Assembly (NCBI GenBank): GCA_051047955.1
Contig: JBPGPT010000001.1
Coordinates: forward strand, 310,001-374,000
Direction of reading: 5' to 3'
DNA: 64,000 nucleotides
From: Cystobasidiomycetes sp. EMM_F5
Taxonomy: Eukaryota
The notes beneath the pieces are model-generated. The model had not been told where the DNA came from, made no database searches, and saw only the letters and a list, made by a program, of their open reading frames with translations. The translations under genes and the position numbers were made by a program. Numbering within the stretch: position 1 is the stretch's first letter; the number at the start of each line of letters is the position of its first letter. Shown here piece after piece: positions 12,466 to 26,201 of this stretch.

Positions 12466-14702
12466 TCACAGCTTGCTGGCTGGCTGCGGCTTTGTAAAGT
12501 CTCGAGCGCGGAGCCCTTCGTAATTAGCGAAGAAGAGACGGTCCCTGTACGTCACGAGCATCAGCATTTCCGAAACGGCAACACCCCCAGCAAGCAATGC
12601 CTACTCGACTGAGCCAGAGTTGTGTTGTGTGATATTGGACGTATCAATCATGTCGGCGGTCACATCTGACAAGTTCGGCGCACCTGCATATGAAACCCAT
12701 GGTGAGTTCAGGTAAGGCGCACAAATGCGAAAGCAAGACTTACCGATCAGGCGCATATTCATCTCCATCTCGTCTTTCAGGATCTGTATCGCTCTATCGA
12801 CGCCATCCGTGCCGTATGCCGAATACGCATACAAAAACGGCCGACCTAGCATACGGAAGATTAGTATGTCGTCCTTTCAACAACGCTCCTCACTCACCAA
12901 TACCGACACCTTTTGCGCCCAGCGCTATCGCCTTGAGAACATCGCCTGCTCTCCGGACACCACCGTCAATGTATACTTCGAATTTATCGCTGAACAGATT
13001 GCGTTTTTTAAGCTCCCTGACGACTTCTACGAGAATCTCGATACCAGAGCGAGCAAAGTCAAGCTGTCTGCCACCGTGATTGGAGAGTACGACTCCCTGC
13101 AAGCCAGCTTCCGCGGCCATAACTGCGTCTTCCCAGCACTGCACGCCCTGTAGAGCATACTTGTCTGAGCTTTGAACCGTACGTCAAAGAGTCAAATCAG
13201 CACACCTTCAGAATGATTGGCATTTTGGTCCACGTTTTGAACTCCTCCATATCCTTCCAGCACAGGCCGGGGTCAATAAATGACGAAATGGCCCGCGCGG
13301 CTCCTTGAGACTTGTCTACTGAACCATCGCCTTGCTGTACGTTTGATCCCGCGTCGGCAAACTAGATGCCCGACCGTCAGCCGATCTCGAAGCCATTTGC
13401 GAGAAAGGAGTTACCTTCATCCGCATATCTTTCTCGCGTCGACCGAGTTGTGGGGCATCTACAGTGACGCTGCGTGCACAAGATGCTCAATATTTTGACC
13501 AGAGCATCACTAATCGCTTCAGCAACTCACAATAATCCCTTGATGCCGACTTTTTCGGCATGTTCGACGATTTTCTTCGTGATGGCTCGATCCTTGTTGA
13601 CGTAGAGCTGCATCCACTGAGTTTGACCAGGTGCGGCAGCTTCACGAATTTCGTCGAAAGAGCAGGATGCGAGAGTTGGGATCATTTGAATCACATTATG
13701 CTTTGCGGCTGCCCAAGTCAGATTCTTTTCGCCATCCGGATGACCAAGCTTCCCAAGCGCGGTTGCGGTAATGTATATAGGCAGCGAAACTTTGGTACCC
13801 AACATCTGCAAGACCGGCCGTATGTACGTCAAGGCGACGTTGGCTTGCAGAAAAGGATTCCACTCACAGTGCAGGAAAAGTCGATATTTGTAACATCGCG
13901 CAATACACGCGGTCTGAACCACAACCGCTGGTAAGCGACCCTATTCTCGCGCATAGTTACTTCGTCGTCCGCTCCACTGGAGTAATACGCCCAAGCGGCC
14001 TGCGTCATCGTCTCCTTTGCAACCGTCTCGAAATCGTGTAGAGACAAGCATTCGCTGAGTGGAGGCTTGTCTGCAAGTTTGCCTTGTCTTTCTCGGTCCG
14101 CATCGGATAACTCCGCTTCCTGTACCTTAACACCCGTCATATCGACAGTCCCCATGTGCTTGTCCTTTGTGAGATACTTTTCAATAGTCCCTTTGGCTGC
14201 AGGTAAGGAAGAGTCTATCAGACGGTTTCATAGAAGTCAGAGTCTTGGTACGTACGATGTATAGGGTCGTAAGCAACGGTGGCATCCTTTCCAGCATACT
14301 TCAGGATGATGTTCATTCCGCCAGGATGCTCCGGAGCGAACTCTACATCGTAAAAGAGTCAGCGTTCTATCGAATTTCTGAGTCTTCCAGCTAGCCGAGT
14401 TCCCCGTAGCCAATTCCAGCATAAGCGAACATTGCTGCGTTCTCTCGAAAGACGGGACGAAGTCATTGAGAGAACGTTTTGTTCACGACGACGCGTCTTT
14501 GTTGGAAACGGGTGTAAACCTATCATTCGCTACGCCGATGGAGCCCCATCCGGGTACTTGCAGTGCAATGGAAAGATTGCGACTTACCGGTAATATCGAA
14601 AGCAGCGCCATGTATGATTACCCAGAGATCGTCTTTAGTGTTGTGCGATGCAACATCCGCTGCCTTGAGCGCCATGCCGGCAGCGCTGCTTTTGGTCGCC
14701 AT
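12466..14702 (-). CDS. CYB2: Flavocytochrome b2-like FMN-dependent alpha-hydroxy acid dehydrogenase with N-terminal cytochrome b5 domain and C-terminal PTS1 (SKL)
   Basis: b5 domain '[19 protein letters not shown]'. FMN domain '[14 protein letters not shown]', '[14 protein letters not shown]', '[11 protein letters not shown]' and 'IDGGVRR'. The last exon ends ...[10 protein letters not shown]. Confidence 0.93.
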
Positions 14703-15149
14703 GGTTCAAGATCAAGCGGTAGATCCTGTCAAGGTGTGTGGCCACAGTAGCGTGCGATACCAGAGGCTGGTCAGATTATGAGGTTGCAAAGTCTCAACCT
14801 GTAACTTTCAGAAAGGAGGAGTCCTCGCCTAGCAGCGGTTCCGGTATTGTAACCCCGCCGCGCGGGCGGTGGCGACTCGGAAATCATGTCCCGATACAAC
14901 GCGGGGTTGTTGGAGTAGAACGACGAATAATAATGTACTCAGGCAGCTGAACATGCTTGGAAAAGCAGCTCTTGGAAAGTTATCGAACCGGGACGTAATA
15001 GAAATTTCATTTCTGACGAATGAGCGCTCTCAAATATGCATACGTTTGACGTACACACTTGAACTACGACTGATATGACACTCCTACCATCGGACCTGGG
15101 TGTGCTCCCTGCCCCTTTTCATCGCTGCGTTATAGGTATCGGTATCATC

Positions 15150-16157
15150 CTACCGTTTCTTTGGCGCTGAGGGGGGCGGAGCGAGCAATGGGATAGGACC
15201 GCCAGCGTTTGATGAGCTACTCTTCTTTGTGGTGACAGAAGGTCCAGCTCCTGATCCAAGCTTGACGCTGATCGTTTCTCCTGCCTTGAGCGTAAAGTCG
15301 CGCTTAGGACCGTCTGGTATATGCGGAGATTTGGATGATGAAGTCGCAGAAGTCGAGTCGGAAGGGTCAAATTTCGGTGCTCTCTGTTGTCTGCGCGTGT
15401 GTATCCCGCGGAGTTAGCCTTATACCCTGCTATGCAAGACGAAGATGAAAGCACCTACTTTTGCCAATCTTGCAAGGCGACTTGAAAGTCGAATGCCTCT
15501 GGCCGCTCGCGGAAACCCATACCAAGATATGCTGATTTACCGCTATTGACATCGATTACCCGCAAGGCAAAGTAGCGGGACGAGTCTAGCGTCGGCTCGA
15601 CAGCCTTGCCTGCCAAGTCATACGGGCATTGCGCAAATAGTTCGCCTGGGTAAGGGAAGTCGAATCCGAGAGAATGAGGCGACACCGCGTCAGTTGAACA
15701 GGATGAGCATAACGGAGGATCCTCGAGGATCATTTACCTGTATTGCTGTCTTCAAGCTTGATAGTTAACGTGCTTTTGCCGGCCTTTGTAGTTTCGACTA
15801 CGCGACATCGGCCTGTATATATTGGCACGATAGCAGCGAAAGTCAAACTAATGATTCATGGCACTGTTGCTTGCTGCGCTTGCCTTTCCACAGAAAAGCC
15901 TCCATGTCGCCCCTGGTTTCGTGACGCGACATTTGTCAACACAGCACTCGTTGAGAATATACGCCTCTGCAGATTGCGCACCATTCTGACGCCTTGTAGC
16001 CAGCAGTCGACGACCTCGCAGGCAATCTGTACACGTAGCACTCCCGCGCTACGTACAGAACAGAATCGAATTCATCAGTGCTCAGGGCAGAGGTGGACGC
16101 TGAGCTCGTCGAGTTTCCAGCAGTCTGTACTGGCACATCGCCAAACAGGTCATCCAT
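15150..16157 (-). CDS. NECAP / adaptin ear-binding coat-associated protein (PHear domain)
   Basis: Spliced sequence 'CYVYRLPARSSTAGYKASEW|GDMEAFLWKG|RCRVVE..KLEDSNTG|ELFAQCPY..VEPTLDSSRYFALRV..AYLGMGFRERPEAFDFQVALQD' and 'KRDFTLKAGETI'. Ends PPPSAPKKR*. Confidence 0.9.
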
Positions 16158-16371
16158 GACTTACATTGAGGCAGACCTGGATTGTTTGGCGAGCATAAAT
16201 ATGGACATCAATGATCGCACGAGTGACAGCTGACTTTGGACAATGCTTGACTGCCAAACCCATGTTATCGTCTATGCTCTTCTGCAGACATCTCGTACAC
16301 CATGAAGCCAGACTTGCGCCTGTTTAGCTGTAGATTATACCGTATACGCGTACAAGGTTAGGCAGGCAGTC

Positions 16372-19034
16372 ATGCCGGCAAAGACAAAGAACGGCTACGA
16401 AGCATTGCCGGCACACGACGAGCTAGACGAGGACAGGGACGACAATGGCGGGTACATGGTCGCATCCCAATCAGTGCCAGAGCTGCCTCGCGCTTCTGCT
16501 TCCGCGACAGAAGTACTCGAACAACGCGGCACAGGCATTCGGTATACGGCGCGACCGGGAGGGCCTATTCATCAAAGAACCCTCTCAGGACACGGAGAGA
16601 GGATAGTAAACTCGCTAAACATCGACATTCGAAATCTTGATGCGAGGCTAAAGGAGTGGACATCAAACGTCACTCGTCGCTTTCAGCATATCCGAAGTGC
16701 GTCTGTACTGCGCTTTCGCGCTTTTTCCAAACTGAATGAGATCCTATATCCATCTAGATAAACCCACGCGCGATACATCTGTGCCGTACCAAATCGTTGC
16801 AAGCGCTTTCGGACCTGTCGAACCCAACAAGAATCCAGCTCGGCATGTGATGCCAAAGACATTAGACCACAACTCTCCGATACAAGACTCTGATGTACAA
16901 GCCATTGTGGAGCAAGTCAAGGCGGCTATCCGTCTCGGTGTCCATCCACGCCTCAATCGCGCAGGAACTAGCGGCAGCTATTTCGCGAAGTCGACAGAGG
17001 GCAAGACTCGTGCGATATTCAAGCCGAAGAATGAAGAACCCTACGGTTCCCTCAATCCCAAATGGTCGAAATGGTTTCATAGGCATCTACTAGCTCCATT
17101 TTTCGGATTCGGCCGGGCATGTCTCTTGCCAAATTTCAGCTATCTTTCCGAAGCTGGCGCATCACTACTGTCTGAACGTCTGGCGCTGTATATCGTCCCG
17201 CACACATCCCTCCAATCTCTTTCGTCTCCATCCTTCTTTTACGATTGGCTCGATCGACACGCGTACAAGCAAAAGAAACGACCCCTCCCGGACAAGATTG
17301 GCTCATTTCAGCTCTTTCTTGACGGATACAAGGACGCGAGTGAGTTTTTGAAGGCCCATCCCTGGCCCGGAAGGGCAACAAGAGATACCTTAGATCTAGA
17401 AGGCAATCCTACCGGACGAAAGCGAAGGCGGGGTAATTGGACGCGAAAATTCAGACTCTTATGCGGAGCTGCTGGCGTAGACGATGATAGCGACGACGAA
17501 GATGATGGATACGAAGATACGCCGATCGGCTCGCGAACACCAGAACCCGCCTCTGCCTTTGTCTGGACAAGGGAACTGATGCAGGATTTCCAGCTGGAAT
17601 TGGTAGGCCAGCTCTAGCTCGGAATAGGCTGTGCTTACTGAGCAATTTGTGCATTGCAGGAAAAGCTCGTCATTCTTGATGTATTGATGCGAAACACTGA
17701 CCGCGGCCTCGACAAGTACGGCCTTGTCTTAGCACGTTTTGATGAATGCCTTGCTGATACCCTAATATCGTCAGCTTCATGATCAAAATATGCCGTGGAG
17801 AATGCCTCTCGAGGGTGCCTTCGACGGCTACGCTCGACAAAGACAGCGAATCAGTAAAGCGGGCCCAGCCAGAGGCGAGAAAAGGCCTCGCACTTGACGC
17901 TGATGGACGGATGAATGATGGTCCATACGAACAGCGACCGCATGTGCACGTAGCTGCTATCGATAATTCGTTAAGCTTTCCGATACATCACCCAAACAGC
18001 TGGCGTAGCTACTGCTACGGCTGGCTATTTCTGCCATCTTCCCTTATCGGACAGCCCTTCTCGTCCAAGACCCGCGAACATTTCCTTCCGCTTCTGACAG
18101 ACCCCGAGTGGTGGGCGCGGACTGTATTTGACCTTCGGAAATTGTTCAGCATCGATCCCGACTTTTCGGAACGCATGTTTAGGAAACAGATTGCACTCTT
18201 GAAGGGACAAGCGTGGAATATCGTCATGAGCCTGCGTAACCCTGCAGAAGGACCATTGGAACTATGTCGACGTCAGGCAAGAATCGTGCATGACGACGAA
18301 GTAATAATGGCCGATGATGAATTTACGCAAGAAATGATTGAAGCTGCTCGCTTGCCTATCAAGCGGACGCCCGTCAGGCCAACTGCCGTTCGAAATCATA
18401 CGGAGAATATTTCGACGTCTCCTCGCCGCACACCAAAGCCCACACCAACGCGGCATACGTCTGAGCTGCATGTAACTCGCATCAGCGGGATGCCAGCATA
18501 TACAACGCGCTTATCGCCGCGCCCTCTACCTGTATCAAAGCAATTGGATCTCAATCGCTCAACATTCGGAAATGCTACAGGCGTGTCATTGATGGCGCAC
18601 ATGGAACGCATACAGCAGCAAGAAGAGGACGCGGCAAAGTCACTAGGAGTCAATCTTCCGACAGATCTTGATAATGACGATTCAGATGGAGGCGACGTCA
18701 ATGAGACAGACGAGCAGACCCCGCTTCCGGCACGCATCGACTATGGCCTATCCACAAGTGCGGACAAGCGAAATCAGCGACAGGGTGTCAGTTTAGATTT
18801 CAACCGACGAGCCAGTGCCCCGCACGTTCACGTGGAAACCAGGTTGAGGAGCGGTAGTATTGATGCGCCTTCAGCTTCCAGACGATCCGGTGAGGCGTCG
18901 ACAGGGACAAAAATCGTCATAGTCGAAGTGGGTGGTGTCTTGGATTCGAACGGCAGCTTTACTGACAGATGCTCCATCACTATTTGCAGCGGATGGAAGA
19001 AGTCGATGCAAGGCCGTACTTTGTGAGGTGTTGA
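16372..19034 (+). CDS. LSB6: Type II phosphatidylinositol 4-kinase
   Basis: Contains 'GTSGSYF', 'IFKPKNEEPYGSLNPKWSKW', 'YLSEAGAS', 'KIGSFQLF', 'LVILDVLMRNTDRGLDN' and 'AAIDNSLSFP'. The last exon ends RPYFVRC*. Confidence 0.93.
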
Positions 19035-19191
19035 AGCGTCATACGATAGTGCAGGAAGTTGTGCATAAGCAGAAGTAGCTGTCATTCAATGTAACGTAGT
19101 ATTGTCCCGCTTTGAGTGCGATATGGCGTATCATCGCTTTGTCCGCTGTTTCTTTCTGTTCCGCACCATGAGACGATCCTGACCCGCAAAT

Positions 19192-20045
19192 ATGAGCGCA
19201 AAGCCCGGTGCTGCGGCTGCGCCTACTGGTAACGAGCGGTAAGGCTGTCACTTTCGATGGGTGTTGCGTCAAGTCTGCCTGCACGGGCGATGATTGACAT
19301 GTACAACACAGAAAAACATGGGACAAGGCAGAGTACGCCGAAAAGGCGCGACAGAAAGATGCAGAGTACGCAGAGCGGGCAAAGGAGAGGGCTGAGGCCA
19401 TGAAGAGCGGTGAGCAGATCTGCTGGGTACGATGCGTGACACCGGACAGCGGCTGATCTATCCATATTCCGCACATGAATGTCGACGATACACAGGCAAA
19501 AAAGTACGACGGAAAGTCGAGATGCCAAAAGCTACAAAGCTGCTAGAGGCTCGAGACGCTCCACTACAGCTCGACAAGAATGTCAACAAGACCATGATTG
19601 TCGCTAGTGGCAGGCCTGGCTTCTCATGCGAGACGTGTCGGAGGACGTTGAAAGACAGCGCTTCGTATCTTGATCACGTCAATGGTCGATTTCGTAAGCT
19701 GCAGACTTGTCGCACACAAGCCGCCCGATGCTGACCATGAAAATCATACAATCAGACCTACGAATGCTCGGACAAATGACCAAAGTGCAGCGATCCACTC
19801 TGCAAGAAGTACAGGCAAAGATTGAAGAGCTGCGGGAGTTGACAAGAAAGAAGCTGGAAGCCAAACAGTATGACTTTGAGCAGAGACTGAAGGAATTGCG
19901 AGATCTGGAAGAAGAGACGAAACAGCAGCAAAAGGAAAGGCGGAAAGCCGCAAAGGAACAGGCACAAGAGGAGAGTAAGAAGCAGCTGGAGGCTGGCGTT
20001 GATCAAGATATGGCGTCCATGATGGGCTTCTCTGGCTTTTCGTGA
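19192..20045 (+). CDS. SNU23: U4/U6.U5 tri-snRNP zinc-finger protein Snu23/ZMAT2
   Basis: Contains 'RKTWDKAEYAEKA', the matrin zinc finger 'GFSCETCRRTLKDSASYLDHVNG', a coiled coil and the C-terminal 'MASMMGFSGFS'. Confidence 0.9.
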
Positions 20046-20619
20046 CGATTCTCGATGCAAGGATGTCAGCCGTCTTGACAAAAATCCTACGAGTGTAGCC
20101 AACAAATGCAATGATCACGAGTATGCAGTAAACAAGCTGTCGTTGTACTAGACTTCCACCGTCGAACCAGAGCGAACGTTCATGGCAGCTGCAGGAGGTC
20201 TGTAAATCGCACAGTCTGATCTTTCAGCTCCAACGGTTCCGCTCAAGGCTATATCCTACATCTAATGCCCTGCAGCAGGTCTTGTCGATGTCTTGCAGCA
20301 ACAAACAAATTTTTTGCGTCTGTTGCTGTTTATAGCGTCCTTCGCACCATCGGTTGCCCCCTATAAATTGCCCGGGTACCCTGCAGGTTATGACTGTCGG
20401 AGCATGTGCGCTTCCCAATTTTGACGGACGCCAGAGCAGCTTACGACCAAGTGGTTGCTCAGCGTCTCATATCTCTGCCTTCACCTATACACCCGATCTC
20501 GCTTGTCTCTAGCTCTCCCGTTCTGAACAATCTAGCCCTCCATATCCGAGACAAAGTTCAAAGGGCCAACGGTCGTGTAAGCTTTCAGCGAAGAAGTCCG
20601 ACAGTCTCTGCATATCAAC

Positions 20620-22100
20620 ATGTCCGATACTACGGATCCTACTGGTGGTGACCCGAGCGCAGCTGACCTCGGCGGCTGCAACGATGGATCCCCTTACAAT
20701 GGTTCCTTCGGTTTGCGTGTCGGCGGAATATTCATCATTCTGGTTGTAAGCAGAATGACATACGTTGGGAGAATGGGAGATACTGACGCACGACGACAGA
20801 CCTCAATGGCCGGAACTCTCTTCCCAATCATTTCAAAACGCGTACGAAGGCTAGCAGTACCCAAGCTAGTTTTTGAATTTGCAAAATATTTCGGAGCAGG
20901 GGTGTAAGTCTGTCAGGCCTTGCCCAATAGAGTGTCTTCTGTGATTGACGTTTAATTTGCTCCGACACTTGGCTTTCGTCTAATAGTATCATCGCCACTG
21001 CTTTCATCCATTTATTATCTCCCGCCGTGGAGGAGCTGGGTAGTCCATGCCTGACTGGCGAATGGACAGTATATCCATGGGCTATTGCGATTGGTGAGGC
21101 TCGAGATCGTCCTTGAGCAGATTTTGGGCTATAGCTGACAATATGCAAAATGGTCTAGCAATGATGTCCGTGTTTGCAATCTTTGTCCTCGAGTTATTCG
21201 CCTATCGAGTGGGCGTCAAGTGGATGGAAGGGCTCGGTGTTGATGTCCATGATACTCACGGTCCTGGTGTTGCTCATGTGCGGCGATTTTTCCCCTTGCT
21301 GCAGGTGAATACGCTGATACTGATATTCTCGTCTTCTCGTAGGGTCCGGAACACCCAAACAACCACTCCGACTTACCAAGTCACGATCATCAAAGGCATG
21401 GCGATGAACAAATCATTCCCTCCGCGCCTGCGGAGAAGAACGGTCAATACGATGTAGAGATTCAAAGTACTTCGTCAAGCCAGACCACTGCAGCAGCAGC
21501 CGCTCAAATCGTAGGAGTTGCTATCCTCGAATTTGGTAAGTCGGGTTGCTGCGTCATACAGTGTTCTTGACTGCTGACATCTGGACGCTTGCACAGGTGT
21601 CGTCGTCCACTCCGTCATCATTGGCCTAACACTGGCGGTGACTGATGAGTTTGACACACTCTTCGTAGTAATCATTTTCCACCAGACATTCGAAGGCCTC
21701 GGTCTCGGGACACGTCTTGCACAAATGCCTCTTCCTCGGACACTCAACTACGTGCCCTTCGTTGCCGGTGCCGTCTATGCTTTATGCACGCCAATCGGTA
21801 TGGCAATTGGTCTAGGCGTGAGGGAGACGTACAACCCCAACAGCGTCACCGCAAACATCGTCTCGGGTGTCCTCGATTCGATCTCAGCTGGCATCCTGCT
21901 CTACACTGGTCTCGTCGAGCTTCTCGCGCACCAGTTCCTCTTCAACGAGGAAATGCGAAAAGCGCCACTCAAGGTGGTTGCATTTGGCGTCATTTGCACA
22001 ATGTTTGGGTGAGTAACGTACTGGGAGAGTGTCGTCGAGCCAACAACTCATACATCAATACAGTGCTGGCATCATGGCCTTGCTCGGGAGATGGGCGTGA
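20620..22100 (+). CDS. ZIP-family zinc/iron permease (Zrt-like)
   Basis: Contains 'AKYFGAGV|IIATAFIHLL', a His-rich loop, 'ILEFG|VVVHSVIIG', 'FHQTFEGLGLG' and 'SAGILLYTGLVEL'. Ends ALLGRWA*. Confidence 0.93.
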
Positions 22101-22368
22101 AGTCCGTGCGATAAACACTGTTACAGTGCACGCAAATCTTCGGATAAAGGATCAAGAGAAGTATCATCAGAACACATAATCATAGAGGGGTTCCCAATTT
22201 CGCAAAGACATTCTGCCCATTAGTGTAGAAGAAGCATGGTACCAACAGAACAATACTGTAGTTGACCCGACTCTACCACGATTGCCACATTTTGCATGAC
22301 CTTTCTCACTGACAACAAGGAATGCCTTCAGAGGTAACCGGAACCACTCGCAATTACCGCAATTACTA

Positions 22369-25300
22369 CTATTGCTTCCCAGCTTCAAGTAAGACAATCT
22401 TGAATTTTGACCCGCCGACTTCCTGCTCCTCTTCGTCTTGCCAATATACAGGCCGTTGCTTGTCTCGGCTTGCATCGTCTACTGGCGCATCTGCCAGAAC
22501 TTTCGTAATGACGTGCGACTTTTCCGCCAGGACTGTTGAAAGCTGCTCCCGCGCTTCTTCGTCGCTGTACGCGAGATATACTTCCATGTCGTCTGTCGCT
22601 TGACATCCCGCTGCTTTCCGCGCTTTTTGCACACGGTTGACGATGTCTCGTGCATACGATTCCAGTATGAAATCCGGAACAATTTCGGTATCAAGCAGAA
22701 TGACAACGTCATCATCTGTATCCGTGGCAGGGTTGGGCACCTTCTTCTCCTCATTACTGTATTTCGGATTGGCAAACTCGACGTATCGCTGGGTGGTCAG
22801 ATCGCCAGCGACAAGATTGATGCCATCGATAGTGATCTTGCCGTCGGAAAGGTACGCTTTGACTTGCTCCGACGTGACGGTGGGAAGCCCCTTTTTGAGA
22901 CGTGGCAGATCCTTCCTGAGCTTTTTGCCGAGTACTGACCAATCCGCATCCACCTTCCACTTCACCCCGCAAGCATTTTCGTCACTGGAAGTACGCAGAT
23001 CTTTGATGTTGAGCTCCTCCTGAATGTACTGCTTGAGCGACATGACGTCGTCGAGGTACTGTTGATCCGGATGGAAGATGACGAGCTCCCGCAGAGGAAT
23101 CTTAAGACGTAAAGTGTACTTGTCTCTTAGCACGCGACCCAAGTTGATGACTGCTTGCATGCGTTGTACTTGTCGTTCGATGACTACATCATGATACTCT
23201 TCGCGAGCGACCGGGAACGGTAAGAAGTGGACAGAGCGCAAATCATTGCCTAAGCCGAGACCGTCGGTTTTCGCAGGCAAAAACGGTCGTAATGACTGGT
23301 AAATGTTCTCAGCAAGGAAAGGAGTGAAGGATGTCTATGGAAGAATGCATATTAGCCAAGAAACTTGGACGAAACATATCTTGCCTTACCATGGTACGGC
23401 ATAGTGTAAGAAGGGCTTCGAACAAGGATTGTAGGGCAGAAATGGTTTCATCCACACCAGACTCGCCCTTGAGTCGTTTCCGGTTGAATCGAATGTACCA
23501 GTTTGTCAGTTCGTCGATCAAGTTTAGCAGAGGCTTGACGACTGCGAAGAGTCGGTACGCTGTATCCTGCATTAGTCTGATGTTATAACAGTCCTAGCGA
23601 GGTTTATGCATACCTTCCATTTCCGTCTTAATTAATTTGATGAGTGTTTGGCATCTTGCAAGGATCCAGCGGTCCATGACGTTTCTTGACAATGGCGCAT
23701 CGTGATTGTACTTGAAATCGATATTCTTCTGCTTTTTCAGCAAAGCAACTTGCTGAAGCATGAAGCGGAAGGAGTTGAGCCAAGGGGCTAGAACACGATA
23801 TGTAACTTCCTTAACGCCGTCCTCACGGAACTTTAAATTGTCGCCTCGAACCACCGGAGAATCAATGAGGAACAGGCGTAAGGCATCGGCGCCAAATTTG
23901 CTCATCACACCGTTGGGATCTGGGTAGTTCTTTTTGCTTTTCGACATTTTCTGTCCATCTCTGTAGGGCAATTCAGCATATGATACCACCAATACCCCAA
24001 TCGATTGTACGTACTCTGCTAGAACTAATCCGCAAACAATCAAGTTCTTCCACGGAGCGCTTTCGAATAAATGAGTCGCAAGTACCAAAAGAGTGTAGAA
24101 CCACCCTCTAGTCTGGTCGATGGCTTCTGAGATGAAATCGGCGGGGAAGGAAGCTTCGAACTTTGCTTTGTTCTCGAACGGATAGTGTACTTGGGCGTAG
24201 GGCATGGATCCGGACTCGAACCAGCAGTCAAAGACTTCCTCAACCCTTCGCAAAGTCCCTTTGCCTTGCTGGGATTGAATTTTGATGTCGTCAATCTTGT
24301 CGCGATGAAGGTCTGTGATGTCTGAGCGGCCCGACAAACGTTGAAGTTCCTCGATAGAGCCAACGCAGATCATCTCCTCATAGTCATCGCTGACCCAGAC
24401 TGGCAAAGGAGTACCCCAATACCGATTTCTTGATACATTCCAGTCGCGGGCATTAGCTAGCCAGCTACCGAAGCGATTGTCTCCGACGCTCTGTGGTACC
24501 CAGCGGGTTACCCTGTTGTTTTCGATAAGCTCGTCAACCTTGTCTTGTACCTTGACAAACCAAGCGGGAATAGCTTTGTAAATGAGGGGGGTTCCTGACC
24601 GCCAGCAGAAAGGATACGAGTGCATAATACTATCTTGGCGAATGAGGTTTCCGGTAGTGTCGAGATGCTTCATAATGGCTTTGTCTGCAGCCTTGACGTA
24701 CTGACCGGCAAAGTCTGTCACTTCGGCCGTAAAGATACCAGCCTCATCTACCGGGCATGGTGGCATCTCGTCATTTCTGATAATACCATTGGCGATGGAA
24801 ATGCGATGATCGTCCTCTCCGAAAGCAGGAGCCTGGTGTACGATGCCAGTACCACTGTCTGCTGTGACATACTTGTCGTTTAGTACTTTGAATGCGCGAT
24901 CTCCGTACTACCAGCGTCATAGTTTGCGTTAGTGACATTGAAGTGCTATATGTTGCTCATTACTCACGCGTTCGACGAAATAGGGGAAAAGTGGCTTATA
25001 CCGCCAGCCTGCCATGTCTTTGCCCAACACGGATGCCAATTTCTTGTATTTCGGAGCCTTCTGTCTCGGATAGAGTGTTGAAAGAAGCTTGTCGCAGATG
25101 TAGAAAGTACGGCCGGTCTTCTCGTCGACAATCTTGAGGTAAGTCAAATCTGGATGTACGCAAAGCGCCAGGTTGGATGGCAATGTCCAGGGCGTCGTGG
25201 TCCAAGCCAGTAGCGACACTCCGGGCTCGTCAAGAAGTTCGAATGCAATGGTCACGGCCGGATCAGGCACGTCCTTGTATGCGGACGTCGCTTCGAAATT

Positions 25301-26201
25301 TGATAACGGCGTCGTGCATCCAGTAGAGTATGGCATAACGCGCAGACCGCGATAGACCAACTTCTTTTCCCACAGCTGCTTGAAGACCCACCACACCGAC
25401 TCCATGAATGGCGTATTTAGCGTCTTGTAGTCGTTGTCGAAATCTACGAATAAGATTGACTGTCAGGGTCTAGGAGACGGTAAATTGAGCTTTGCAATAC
25501 CGACCAATCCATCGACCCATCCGCTCTACTGTAGCGCGCCATTCACTCGAGTATCGCATGACGATTGCCCTGCATTCGGCGTTGTACTTGTCGATACCCA
25601 TCTTCATGACATCGTCTTTCGAGGTGATGCCGAGCTTCTTGTCAATCTCGTGTTCTACTGGCAGGCCGTGACAATCCCAGCCGAAGCGTCGCTCGACATA
25701 GTAGCCATTCGAATGGGCGAAACGAGTCACAATGTCCTGCAGCGCACGGACCTTCAGTATGCAAAGTGCCTGAATGTGTCAATAAATTGCAGACCTTGAC
25801 AGTGCCCATGAGCAGATGGCCTGTCACGAACACGCACATCAGTGCATTAGAAGTCTCGCTTATCGCCTTTACGTACCGTAATGTGGTAATCCCTAGATGA
25901 AACACTCATCAGTTATTAGCAATGGGCATAATATATGTCCTCTCACGGTCGCAAAGGGAGGCCCATCGTAGAAGGAGAAAGCAGGCCGTCCTTGAGACTG
26001 GCGTACACTCTCCTGGAATGTGTCATTCTCCTTCCACATCTTCAGGACCTTGAGCTCCTCTGCCGGCCAGTCAAATTCGCCTGCAACAGGAATAGGTTCC
26101 AATTGACCAATGGGGATATCCGGGACTGCTGGCACCTCCGGTCGGTCGACGAGGGCATCAGCAATGGCTTCCACGTCACCGTTCATCTTTACGTCGTCCA
26201 T
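22369..26201 (-). CDS. ILS1: Cytoplasmic isoleucyl-tRNA synthetase
   Basis: Contains '[15 protein letters not shown]' (HIGH motif), '[10 protein letters not shown]', '[12 protein letters not shown]', 'DQTRGWFY' and 'KMSKS'. Confidence 0.97.
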
